Positions 27,090 through 35,804 of a stretch of DNA of 64,000 nucleotides are shown one piece after another; position 1 is the stretch's first letter; the number at the start of each line of letters is the position of its first letter. The stretch spans positions 25,398 to 89,397 of the forward strand of contig JBFIHA010000002.1 of assembly GCA_041602035.1 (NCBI GenBank), read 5' to 3'. The notes below the pieces were generated by a model. That model saw only the letters and a list, made by a program, of their open reading frames with translations, did no database searches and was not told where the DNA came from. A program made the position numbers and the translations under genes. The DNA comes from Gemmatimonadales bacterium (GTDB lineage Bacteria; Gemmatimonadota; Gemmatimonadetes; Gemmatimonadales; GWC2-71-9).

Positions 27090-27164
27090 AGTGCCATGAC
27101 GGCGTGAGCAGTCCGTCCGCGCCAGTGCGAGGTGTCGAGCCTCGCGGACTGTGAGGTTGTCCAC
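27090..27164 (-). pseudogene. Possible N-terminal remnant of a YcaQ/AlkZ-like winged-helix glycosylase
   Basis: VDNLTVREARHLALAR, then GLLTPSW in a shifted frame, resembles the family start (L...ARR.AL...GL); nothing further follows. Confidence 0.35.
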
Positions 27165-27196
27165 CGCCGTGGGTTCTCCGGACGCGACGGTGTGGA

Positions 27197-27664
27197 TCAG
27201 GCCAGCTGCTGGAAGTCGTCGGCCGTGACGGTTCGTGCTCGGGCAAAGCCGCCCACGTAGCGCCCTCTCGCAAATCGCAGGTGATAGAGGTTGAAGTCGC
27301 CAAGGGCGAATGTGGGGGCACTGGTCGGGAACCGCTCCACGTAGCGGCGCTGTCCAGCCGTGTAGGCGTTGCTCTCCCGCTCTATCGTCTCGACGGTGCC
27401 CTGGAGCGTGATGCGTTCCACCTGCAGGGGATCGGCGTCAGGCCGGTCCGGTCGGTGAATCAACGCGCTGAACATCCCTCCGTTCACCAGCCCCTTCGTG
27501 TGACGGGCCAGTGCCGAAGCGTGGACGATAGCGCCCGAGAACTCGGGGGACATGACATACGGCAGTAAGCCCACGTACGGCTCGCCGTCCACGAGCACCG
27601 CGAGGGCGAGTACCCGAGTGCTCTCGAGGAGGTCGCGCAGTCTCTGGGCCTCGATCGATCTCAT
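27197..27664 (-). CDS. Pyridoxamine 5'-phosphate oxidase-like/HugZ family protein
   Basis: G.PY.G, S.LA.HT..L, R.TL.G and LGDF.LY......GRYVGGFARA motifs. Confidence 0.85.
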   Translation of the reverse strand: MRSIEAQRLRDLLESTRVLALAVLVDGEPYVGLLPYVMSPEFSGAIVHASALARHTKGLVNGGMFSALIHRPDRPDADPLQVERITLQGTVETIERESNAYTAGQRRYVERFPTSAPTFALGDFNLYHLRFARGRYVGGFARARTVTADDFQQLA

Positions 27665-27683
27665 CTGCTCCCCGCCGTTTCCA

Positions 27684-28142
27684 CTATTGGTACAGGCGTT
27701 CCCCAAACCGGACCCAACCTCCTGGTCGGCGGCCATCGGGGTCGTGATGGGTCCAATGGATCACTCCGCCCTGGGCGTTCCACTCATACTCGCCGCGGAG
27801 CTCGACGGAATCCCCAACCGTCAGCGGGACGCGAGGCGCGAGATCGATATTGTGGGCGACCAGGACGGTCATCTGTCCGTCGACCCGGACGATGAAGCGT
27901 TGATGGCGGCTCCCGTCACGGTCATCCGAGAGCAGCCGTTCGACGCGTCCAGCCGTCTCGACGACTATGCCGGACTGCCTGTCTCGGAACGCGTCGGCAA
28001 CCTGGCCGGCGGTCCCACCGGGCAGCCGGTCGGCGGTGGGAAGAACTCCACCACCCGTTGTCCCGGTGAGGTACAGGTATGCGCCTGTCGATAACAGGAT
28101 CGCGAGAATGATGAGCTGCGCGGTGCGCGATACCGTTCGCAT
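27684..28142 (-). CDS. DUF3465 domain protein
   Basis: DD..GSRHQRFI, AHNIDLAPRV and GEYEWN.QGGVIHWTHHDP motifs. Confidence 0.92.
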   Translation of the reverse strand: MRTVSRTAQLIILAILLSTGAYLYLTGTTGGGVLPTADRLPGGTAGQVADAFRDRQSGIVVETAGRVERLLSDDRDGSRHQRFIVRVDGQMTVLVAHNIDLAPRVPLTVGDSVELRGEYEWNAQGGVIHWTHHDPDGRRPGGWVRFGERLYQ

Positions 28143-28399
28143 TGGCTTCCACGAGAGCGTTGGCGATGGGAATGGCGCTCCGCTCACCCGACGCCCTCTC
28201 GCCCGAACTGCGGGAGGAATTCAGTGGAGCGTGTCGACGAAAGATGCGGAGCGGTGGCACGGTGTCCAGGCACGAGACGTCGTGACCGAGAACTCCCCTG
28301 AGCGTGATGCTGTTTGGAGACGAAGGCACCGTGGTGACGGACGTGCGACGGGCCAGCTTCAGGGGCTGGCCCGTCGTCGCTCGGTGCGGCCGGTGCTCA

Positions 28400-28432
28400 C
28401 GCCCAGACCTGGGCGGCAGGTCAGATGCCTCA
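28400..28432 (-). promoter_or_regulatory. Candidate bacterial SECIS element
   Basis: UGA, then 20 nt to the apical loop of CGCCCA-GGUC-UGGGCG; shares CAGGUCUG with the E. coli fdhF SECIS apex. Confidence 0.6.
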
Positions 28433-28648
28433 GCCGAAGCCGCTCGGGCCGCAGCCGGGTGAACTGCTGGCTGCCTGGCTGCCGTGGCGTGATCCCGTGA
28501 GCACGTTGACCGCGCCAAAGCTCCGCTCGGCATGGCGCGAACCGCAGCGGGCACAGGTGGGGGTCACGCCCTCCGAATACGCCGAGATAGAAAGGCGGAT
28601 GCCAAACCGGTGGCCGCAATCCTGGCAGATATAGTCGTACGTCGGCAC
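28421..28648 (-). CDS. FmdB family zinc-ribbon protein, possible selenoprotein (TGA at 28430-28432)
   Basis: MPTYDYICQDCG...CARCGS; ends GCGPSGFG-TGA-GI-TGA. Ends at 28430 if the first TGA is a stop. Confidence 0.88.
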
Positions 28649-28662
28649 GTCGTCCCATCCGT

Positions 28663-28690
28663 CAATACAAGTATTGCAATATACATATAC
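28663..28690. promoter_or_regulatory. AT-rich palindromic operator/promoter upstream of the zinc-ribbon gene
   Basis: CAATAC-AA-GTATTG overlapping TATTGCAATA in an otherwise GC-rich sequence. Confidence 0.5.
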
Positions 28691-28833
28691 ATGGCTCGTT
28701 GTCTACCCCTTGGACAGCGACCTGGTCGACGGGTCGCGCGCGCTCCCCGGCTGGTGCGGGGAGACGTGGCCGGGAGTGAGGCGAGGGACACACCCCGGGG
28801 CTCCCGGCCTGGAAGACCGCGACGATAGAGGCG

Positions 28834-29403
28834 CTAGGCCGGCCAGAGCCAGCCGAAGGTGCCGGCCGTCAGCAGCGCGTAGACGAGACCGTCGAACGTC
28901 GATTTGAACGTGGAGCTCCACGCACGCTTGTACCAGATGGAGTTCTGCCACAGCGCTACGCTGTAGCCGATGAAGGCCGTCGCGCCGACGAACCGGAACA
29001 CCGAGAGGTACGGCGCGCCGGGTCCGACGGCCCGACTGGCGATGTAGGCGGCGAAGATGCCCACAATGACACAGTAGACGAACCACTGTACCAGCTGCCC
29101 ACCCATCTTGGGCATGCCGTTCGGCATCACCGTCATGAACGCGACCGGGCCCTTGTTCACTTTGTCGATGAACGCCGGGTCCTTCATCTCGGCGGAGCTG
29201 CCGGTGTAGGGAAAGACGTACTCGCCGGGCGGAATGCTCAGGGGACGCAGCGCGTCCATCGCCTGGTCCTCGTTGGGGAGCTTGGTGAAGTCCGACCGGT
29301 GGTAGGTCAGCACCATGTGGATGATTGAGCTCGCCACGAATACGAGCACGGCCGACAGCACGATCGGAAGCCAGAGCGAAACGAGCGACATCTGGGATTC
29401 CAT
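28834..29403 (-). CDS. Conserved hypothetical membrane protein
   Basis: Four TMs, IHMVL.YH..DF..LP.ED motif and GAGGAGG RBS. Confidence 0.8.
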   Translation of the reverse strand: MESQMSLVSLWLPIVLSAVLVFVASSIIHMVLTYHRSDFTKLPNEDQAMDALRPLSIPPGEYVFPYTGSSAEMKDPAFIDKVNKGPVAFMTVMPNGMPKMGGQLVQWFVYCVIVGIFAAYIASRAVGPGAPYLSVFRFVGATAFIGYSVALWQNSIWYKRAWSSTFKSTFDGLVYALLTAGTFGWLWPA

Positions 29404-29469
29404 TGCAACCTCCTCGAACGGGTGCCAGGTGTCGAAACCGCTCGCGAGCTGACGCGAGCCGGAAGAAGC

Positions 29470-29949
29470 CTAGTCGTTACCGAAGCTCACGAGAGAGCGC
29501 TCGTAGTCGTGGACCACCATGCGACGGCCCCGCGTTTCGATACGGTGGCCCTCGGCTTCGAGACGGCGTTTCTGAGCTCGGAGCCCGCCGGGGTACTTGG
29601 GATTCACCTCGCCGCCGGCCTTGAGTGTCCGCCAGTAGGGCGTGATGCGCTTCTTGCCCTCCACCTCGTCCTCACCGGCTGCCCCGGCCGCAATCCGAGC
29701 GAGGATGCCCGTCGTGATGGGGCAGCCCAGCGTCGCGCCGTGCCGCCGGGCGAGGACTTCACGGATCTGGTTGATCGTGACGAGCTTGCCCTTGGGGACT
29801 TTTCGCATGATCTCGTCGACCTCCCGAGGCGCCGGAATGACCATCGTTCCTCGGCCCCACTGCCTGGTCATACCCGCAGGGATCCGCTCCACACGAGGGA
29901 GATCCTTTTGATCTGCCAGTTTCTCGCGGAAGGTCTTCCGTCGTCGCAT
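29470..29949 (-). CDS. MGMT family / methylated-DNA binding protein without catalytic Cys
   Basis: VPKG.LVT, CP.TTG, TPYWR.L and N.KYPGG...Q...LE.EG motifs. Confidence 0.8.
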   Translation of the reverse strand: MRRRKTFREKLADQKDLPRVERIPAGMTRQWGRGTMVIPAPREVDEIMRKVPKGKLVTINQIREVLARRHGATLGCPITTGILARIAAGAAGEDEVEGKKRITPYWRTLKAGGEVNPKYPGGLRAQKRRLEAEGHRIETRGRRMVVHDYERSLVSFGND

Positions 29950-30096
29950 GCGAGCCCCGATATCGCATGGGTTCGGCTCGGTGGCCGCTAAGCTGCACCT
30001 GAATGCCCGACGGTGCAAGGTCGCTCGCGGTCATATGATCCGTGTGTTCGCCGCACTCACCCCATAGCGACCCCGCCCAGCGAACGACGGAGCCGC

Positions 30097-30612
30097 ATGC
30101 GCGCACACGACGTAGAGGTACAACTCGAGCGCCATCATCGTGGGGCGTTTGGCTGGGCGTTGACCTGCTGCCGATGGGATCGGCGTATGGCGGAGGACGT
30201 GCTTCAGACGAGCTACCTCAAGGTGCTGGACGGCCGCGCGACCTTTGCCGGTCGCTCCACGTTCCGAACGTGGCTGTTCGGTGTCATTCGACGCACGGCA
30301 CTGGAGCACCGCCGACGCAGCACGCTCCGACGGCTGGTACCCCTGCATGTGCTGACCGGCCATGCCGAGCCGAGGGCCCTCGAGGTCGACCCAGCCACCG
30401 CACTGGAACGGAGAGAGACCACGCGAGAGCTCACGGCTGCCTTGGCGGGGCTGCCCAGGCGCCAGCGCGAGCTGCTTCACCTGGTGTTCTACGAAGACAT
30501 GAGCATCAGCCAGGCGGCCGAGGTCCTCAACATCGCGGTGGGGACCGCCCGAACCCACTACGAGCGCGGCAAGAGGCGGCTGCGCGAACTGCTAGGAGGT
30601 AGAGAGCCGTGA
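30097..30612 (+). CDS. ECF RNA polymerase sigma-70 factor
   Basis: AEDVLQ, F.GRS.F.TWL, LP.RQRE.L.L and region-4 HTH. Confidence 0.92.
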   Translation: MRAHDVEVQLERHHRGAFGWALTCCRWDRRMAEDVLQTSYLKVLDGRATFAGRSTFRTWLFGVIRRTALEHRRRSTLRRLVPLHVLTGHAEPRALEVDPATALERRETTRELTAALAGLPRRQRELLHLVFYEDMSISQAAEVLNIAVGTARTHYERGKRRLRELLGGREP

Positions 30613-30995
30613 CGCATGATCTCGATGACGGCGACCTACGAGAGCGGTTTCGAATCCTGCGGGACCACGTCGAGCGAGCGGCGCCGTCGTTCCAACGTCC
30701 AGCCCACCGACCGTCTCGCCTGAGGAAGGCACCGACGTGGGCGGCCGCGGCGGTGCTCGCGACACTGGTGATCGTTGCGGTGTGGGTTGCCGTACGAAGC
30801 GACTCGCCGTCAACACAGAGCTTGGTGGCATTGGACGCCACGTGGTGGGTCGCGCCCACCGATTTCCTGCTGACGACACCCGGAGCAGATCTGCTACGCT
30901 CCGTGCCGAGCATTGGCGTAGAGGTGAGCGCACCCGAGGACCCGGTACCTCTCGTGACCGACACCGCAGAACGCACTGAAAGGACCAGATCATGA
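30609..30995 (+). CDS. Putative single-TM anti-sigma factor
   Basis: Coupled to the sigma gene (GTGA); central TM; W.APTDFLL.TPG motif. Confidence 0.7.
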   Translation: MTHDLDDGDLRERFRILRDHVERAAPSFQRPAHRPSRLRKAPTWAAAAVLATLVIVAVWVAVRSDSPSTQSLVALDATWWVAPTDFLLTTPGADLLRSVPSIGVEVSAPEDPVPLVTDTAERTERTRS

Positions 30996-31438
30996 TCCGT
31001 ACAACGATCGTCACCCTCGCATTCGGCTTGAGCCTTCCCGTCGCCGCGTTGGCCCAGGAGCGCATGCCGGCCGACCAAGGGTTTGAGCGGCACCTGTTCC
31101 CACCGGAACTCGTCATGCAGCATCAGCGACAGATTGGCCTCACTGACCAGCAGCGCGCAGTGCTGACCGAGGCCATCACCAAGCTCCAGGCCGACGTGGT
31201 ACAGCTGCAGTGGCAACTGCACGACGCCAACGCGCGGCTGGCGGAGCTGCTGCAATCCTCGAGGGTCGACGCGGCGGCGGCCCTTCAGCAGGTGGATCGG
31301 ATGCTCGAGATCGAGCGCACCGTGAAGAAGTCACACCTGGCGCTGCTGATCCGCATCAAGAACACGCTCTCGATCGAACAGCAGGCCACGCTTGGGGAGC
31401 TGAAAGCCGCCCAACGGATGCAGGGTCCAGTCCGCTAG
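30992..31438 (+). CDS. Periplasmic Spy/CpxP-like (heavy-metal sensor-like) protein
   Basis: Signal peptide; LTDQQ and LSIEQQ (LTxxQ-like) motifs; coiled coil. Confidence 0.8.
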   Translation: MIRTTIVTLAFGLSLPVAALAQERMPADQGFERHLFPPELVMQHQRQIGLTDQQRAVLTEAITKLQADVVQLQWQLHDANARLAELLQSSRVDAAAALQQVDRMLEIERTVKKSHLALLIRIKNTLSIEQQATLGELKAAQRMQGPVR

Positions 31439-31547
31439 GACGTTCCCGATCAGGAGTGATTGAGCGGGCCGGCGCCGCCGCCGGCCCGCTCGGTGTGTGG
31501 CGGGGTGGCCAGCATCTCGACGGGCCGCACGGGTGTCCCCGCGGAGC

Positions 31548-32216
31548 CTATCGCCGCTTGATGTCCAGCACCTCGGCGATGCGACCCACCATGCAGATGC
31601 TGGCCAAATCATCTCGGAGCTTGAGCAGGGCTCGTACTTCGAGTCCGTCTTCCCGGAACGCAGCAGGTAAGCCCAGCGGCTCGTATTGTACGACGTCGTT
31701 CACCCGAAGCGCCCAACACCCACCTTCGACCGGGATGAACCGCACGGTGCCGTCCACGCGAAAGCTCCCGGGCGGGGCCCCCATCAGGTACTGCCGCAAT
31801 GTTGTGGCACACATGAGGCGGCCGGTGCCCAGACGGAAATCGTGGTCGGTCATGCGGGCATCCGGCTGTGCGAGGGCAACCGTCAGCCGAGCACCGCGAA
31901 GGTCTTCGCACATGTAATCGAGCGGCAGCCACGCCTCCACGACGGGAAGCCCGGCGATCCACAACGCGGGGAGCACCGAGTCGACCCGCACCGTGCTGAA
32001 GTCGTACTCGTACGTCCGTGCCGGATCGACCCTCGGTGCCACGTCTGCCGAGGCCACGGTGGTCGAGTCGATTCGTGGGAAGTTGTCCGGCGCCGCGTCG
32101 CTGCAGGCGACCCCCACGCTCGCGACGAGGGCCAACATGGCTCCGGGGCCCAGTGGCCTTCGCTGTGGCCGGCTGACGGCGGGTCCATCGCAATGGCGCA
32201 TAGCACATACTCCCAT
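31548..32216 (-). CDS. Hypothetical lipoprotein
   Basis: GVAC lipobox; C-terminal GTVRF..VEGGCW...Y.P..LP..F..DGL...S.CMVG domain. Start uncertain. Confidence 0.65.
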   Translation of the reverse strand: MGVCAMRHCDGPAVSRPQRRPLGPGAMLALVASVGVACSDAAPDNFPRIDSTTVASADVAPRVDPARTYEYDFSTVRVDSVLPALWIAGLPVVEAWLPLDYMCEDLRGARLTVALAQPDARMTDHDFRLGTGRLMCATTLRQYLMGAPPGSFRVDGTVRFIPVEGGCWALRVNDVVQYEPLGLPAAFREDGLEVRALLKLRDDLASICMVGRIAEVLDIKRR

Positions 32217-32326
32217 CGTGTCTGCAACTCATACCCCTGGTACGGCTCGCGGGTCACCGCCGGAGCCGGAGACGACGGCCGGGCCGCAGTGTTGGTGGGG
32301 GGGGCGTTCCATTAGTTTCCGCCACC

Positions 32327-33097
32327 GTGAGCGACACCATGCTGATCGTCTCGAACCCACCGCACCGGCCCGGCGACAGGTCGGCGGCGGTCTGGTGCTT
32401 CGATATCTCGCCGCTGGAAGTGACGGCGAAGGCGGCGTATCAGGTCCCCGAGATCTGGTTTGCCGACTCGGATCGTGGTGTGCTTGCGGAGATCTCGAAG
32501 GTGCTGGAAGCCGTCGGGCTCAGGGCGCTCTGGGTACGCGAGGAGGAGCTCGCCGCGGTGCCCGAGCCGACGCCGGTCGCGCGGGTGACGTTCGACGAGC
32601 GAGGCCTGCTGCTGGAGCATGACTCGTCCCAGCACCTGTTACGCCCTGGCACCGACATGGTGGCGGTGGTCTGCACTCCGTCCGGATCCGAGTTCCGGGT
32701 ACGGAGCTCCGGTGAGGACGTCGATCCCGAAATGGCTCCGTTTGTGGATTTCTACTTCCTGGAGGCTGGCGCCGTTCGACGGTACGCGGTCATCGACGGC
32801 CTGGTCGATTTCAGCGCTCTCCGTCCTGCGGAGCCGCACAAGCCAACGACCATGACCGACTTCGCGGAGATGTGCGAGCGGCGCTTCGCGCGGGCTCGGG
32901 TCGACCGGCGCCTCGTGGGCACACGGGTGAGGCGACGTCGCACGGAGGCCTCTCTGCGCTCGGTCGCCGAACGCCGAGCCGGCTTCTCATTCGGCACCAA
33001 GCGGCTGCAAACCCTCCTCGAATCCATATCGACCGATCTCGCGGACGTGACCCAGAACGACCTCGCGTCCAGGCTCATCTACCTGACCCTCCGATAG
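32327..33097 (+). CDS. Hypothetical protein
   Basis: Protein-like 256-aa ORF filling the gap between two minus-strand genes. Confidence 0.65.
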   Translation: MSDTMLIVSNPPHRPGDRSAAVWCFDISPLEVTAKAAYQVPEIWFADSDRGVLAEISKVLEAVGLRALWVREEELAAVPEPTPVARVTFDERGLLLEHDSSQHLLRPGTDMVAVVCTPSGSEFRVRSSGEDVDPEMAPFVDFYFLEAGAVRRYAVIDGLVDFSALRPAEPHKPTTMTDFAEMCERRFARARVDRRLVGTRVRRRRTEASLRSVAERRAGFSFGTKRLQTLLESISTDLADVTQNDLASRLIYLTLR

Positions 33098-33112
33098 ACG
33101 GAACGGGTGCCG

Positions 33113-34351
33113 TCATGGCCACCGCAGGCTCAGCTGGACGTACCCCCAGTAGGTGGGGTCGTCGCCCCCGGCGAACGCCGGGAGGAGTGTGACCGCAAGG
33201 TCTTCCGGTAGGAACACCCCCAGCCCCAACTGAAGCGAGGCGAGGCGCGCCATGTCCCAGGTCGCGATCGCGTCCAGCTCGGTTCCGAGGGCATGTTGCC
33301 CCGCCCGCTCCGCCGCCGTACCGAATCGGTGCAGGTCGAGATTCATCGTCCACCGCGGTGAGAGCCGGAGCGCGGCGCGGGCCATGGCATCGACCAGTCC
33401 GGCTTCTGCGGTCTGTCCCGGGAACGCGACCACGTAGTCCATGTACCCGTAGAACTTGTGGTTCGTCGCGTACAGCGTGTTGAACGCCGTGCGCTTGGCG
33501 TCGGTCAGGTCGTCGTCTCCGGAGAGGTAATCCACCTGAAGTGCCAGTGAGCCACGCCCATGCGCCACCCCGAGCTTGCCGCTGGCAAAGTAGGCCTCAC
33601 GGTCGGGTCCCACCTGCACGGCACCTGCGGCTTCGTACCGGACGAGGCCGGCGGCGCCGTGGGCCCTGATATTCACCGTGTATGACTCGTCGGTCACGGC
33701 ATCACGATCGGCCAAGGCGGTGAGTTCGATGGCTCCGCCGGGAATGGTCCGCGAGGCGAATCCGCCGAGCAGCCATCCGTCGTCGCTTTCGCCTTGATTG
33801 GCCTGCGGGTCGAGGCCCGTGGCCACGAGCGCATCACGCTCGGCGACGTTCATCCAGAACACCGTCCAGTCGAAACGGCCGGCGCGGCCCGTCACGCGAG
33901 CCCCGTCGAACGACCGAGCCGTGTTGGTCCAGCCAACTGCACCCACCAGGCGTTCGTCACCGAGCATCATCTCCTGGCGACCCAGACGTCCCACGATCCC
34001 GTCGGGCCGTCCGATCTCGACGAAGCCCTGGTGCAGGTCGAACTGGTCGGCGCTCGCATCGGTCAACGTGTTCGCTTCGCTCCCCCAGGCGCGAGCGTCC
34101 TGCAACTGAACGTACGCGCGGATCCAGGACTCGAGCTGAGCTCGCACGCCAACGCGAATGCGGGACAGGGTGGCGGCGTCCGGGTCCACGCCCACACTCC
34201 GTCCATCCCACTCGGAACGCAGCCGCACCTGGCCGTCGAGCCCGATGACCGGGAACTCCTGCGCACCTAGCGTCGACACGCCGGACATCGTCACGCCTAC
34301 CAGCGCGAACGCCGCCGTCAGCAATCGGGGAAGGTGGATTCGGGGAAACAT
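33113..34351 (-). CDS. Alginate export family outer-membrane beta-barrel
   Basis: Signal peptide; GQVR.R.E, GRQE...GDERLVG..GW....R.FDG, Y.T.HKFYG.MD and Y.QL..RW motifs. Confidence 0.85.
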   Translation of the reverse strand: MFPRIHLPRLLTAAFALVGVTMSGVSTLGAQEFPVIGLDGQVRLRSEWDGRSVGVDPDAATLSRIRVGVRAQLESWIRAYVQLQDARAWGSEANTLTDASADQFDLHQGFVEIGRPDGIVGRLGRQEMMLGDERLVGAVGWTNTARSFDGARVTGRAGRFDWTVFWMNVAERDALVATGLDPQANQGESDDGWLLGGFASRTIPGGAIELTALADRDAVTDESYTVNIRAHGAAGLVRYEAAGAVQVGPDREAYFASGKLGVAHGRGSLALQVDYLSGDDDLTDAKRTAFNTLYATNHKFYGYMDYVVAFPGQTAEAGLVDAMARAALRLSPRWTMNLDLHRFGTAAERAGQHALGTELDAIATWDMARLASLQLGLGVFLPEDLAVTLLPAFAGGDDPTYWGYVQLSLRWP

Positions 34352-34427
34352 CACACGGCTCCGTAGGTAGTGCGCCGCCGCAATATCAGCGGGGCAACAG
34401 TGTCACGACAAGCACCAGGCCGATTCC

Positions 34428-34859
34428 TTACTGCCGCTCCTCGAGCGCGATCCGGAGCAGAGGGACGAGCGTGGCTGCCTGTCCGCGTGAGGCTTTGGGG
34501 AGATCCAGCACGAGCCGGTCCCCTTCAGCCCCTGGCACGTCGGCGAACACGGTGAGGCTGCGGGCGTGCAAGACGATCTTAGCCGAAAGCACGCCCCACT
34601 TGAGTTGGATGTCTCGTAGGTCATCGAGGGTGAAGGCCACGCTCTCGACTGCTGGGCGACTGGAGAGGTGCAGGTCTCCCGGTCGGTTCTTGCCGACATG
34701 GCCCAGCCCCGAGATGTCGAATCCAGACCGTCGAAACTCGAGGATGAATCCGTCGTCTTCGACCCGCAGCAGGCCGGTGATCTCGAACACGCCCTCCATC
34801 AGGTCGTCGGTCGACGCATCGATGGTAAACGGCAGACTGAAGCGCTCCAGGGCCATCAT
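34428..34859 (-). CDS. Hypothetical protein
   Basis: Protein-like ORF directly downstream of the GGDEF gene. Confidence 0.6.
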   Translation of the reverse strand: MMALERFSLPFTIDASTDDLMEGVFEITGLLRVEDDGFILEFRRSGFDISGLGHVGKNRPGDLHLSSRPAVESVAFTLDDLRDIQLKWGVLSAKIVLHARSLTVFADVPGAEGDRLVLDLPKASRGQAATLVPLLRIALEERQ

Positions 34860-34867
34860 CGCACCGC

Positions 34868-35659
34868 CTACCGTACCGAGTAGGCGACGTCGTCCTTCGT
34901 CCCGCGCTTCACCTCGTACATCAGGGCATCGACCGCAGCGATCAGTTCGTCAGCGGTCGAGGGAGTGGACTCACACGTCAGGACGCCAATACTAAAGGTC
35001 ACCGGCCACCCACGCTCGGCCATCTCGGTGAGCAGCGACGAACGCAGCTTCTCGATGCCGGCCTGGGCCGCTTCGCCCTCCGTCTCCGGAAAGAGCAACG
35101 CGAACTCGTCACCACCCATGCGAGCAACGAGATCACTGGATCGCAACGTCGCCCGCATGATTGCGGCCACCGTCCGAAGGAGCTCGTCCCCGCGACTGTG
35201 ACCGAAACGGTCGTTGACCGCCTTGAAGTTGTCGAGATCGACGTAGGCCACCGTGAACGGTCGACTGTAGCGACGGGCGCGGAGGATTTCGGCGCTGGAA
35301 AGCTCCCGAAACGCTCGGCTGTTCAAGACCCCCGTCAGGCCGTCGACGCGGGACAACGACCGTGCCTGATCGAGCGTCTGTCGCAGCAGGGCGAGGAGGA
35401 TCGTGACGACAATGAAGAAGCCGAGTCGGGTGGAGGCGTTCCAGAACAGGATGGCAGGAGAGGACAGGATGCCACCGGAAAGACGAAACGCTTCGATCCA
35501 CGTCGCGGCACTCAGCGCTGATATGCCGATCCCCCACCCCTGGCCGACGAACCAGGCCGTGAAGGCCACGGGAATGAGGTAGAAGAACGCGAACGAGATC
35601 TCGAACCCCGTCAGGAGATCGAGCACTCCGACCGCGCCCGTGAGGATAACTGCCAGCAC
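34868..35659 (-). CDS. Membrane-bound diguanylate cyclase
   Basis: N-terminal TMs; D.LTG..N.R, DLD.FK.VND.FGH..GD and RSSD.VARMGGDEF. Start may lie slightly upstream. Confidence 0.92.
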   Translation of the reverse strand: MLAVILTGAVGVLDLLTGFEISFAFFYLIPVAFTAWFVGQGWGIGISALSAATWIEAFRLSGGILSSPAILFWNASTRLGFFIVVTILLALLRQTLDQARSLSRVDGLTGVLNSRAFRELSSAEILRARRYSRPFTVAYVDLDNFKAVNDRFGHSRGDELLRTVAAIMRATLRSSDLVARMGGDEFALLFPETEGEAAQAGIEKLRSSLLTEMAERGWPVTFSIGVLTCESTPSTADELIAAVDALMYEVKRGTKDDVAYSVR

Positions 35660-35804
35660 GACGAGGACAGCCCTGGGGAGGCGGTCGAGCGATTCGGCAA
35701 TCGAAGACGTAGCTCGACTCCAGCGCGAGGTTCGAAGTGGAAAGGTATGGGGCGCTGGTCAAAAGAGAAGCGGCACGGTCGACGATGTCACCGGCCCCGA
35801 GGGA

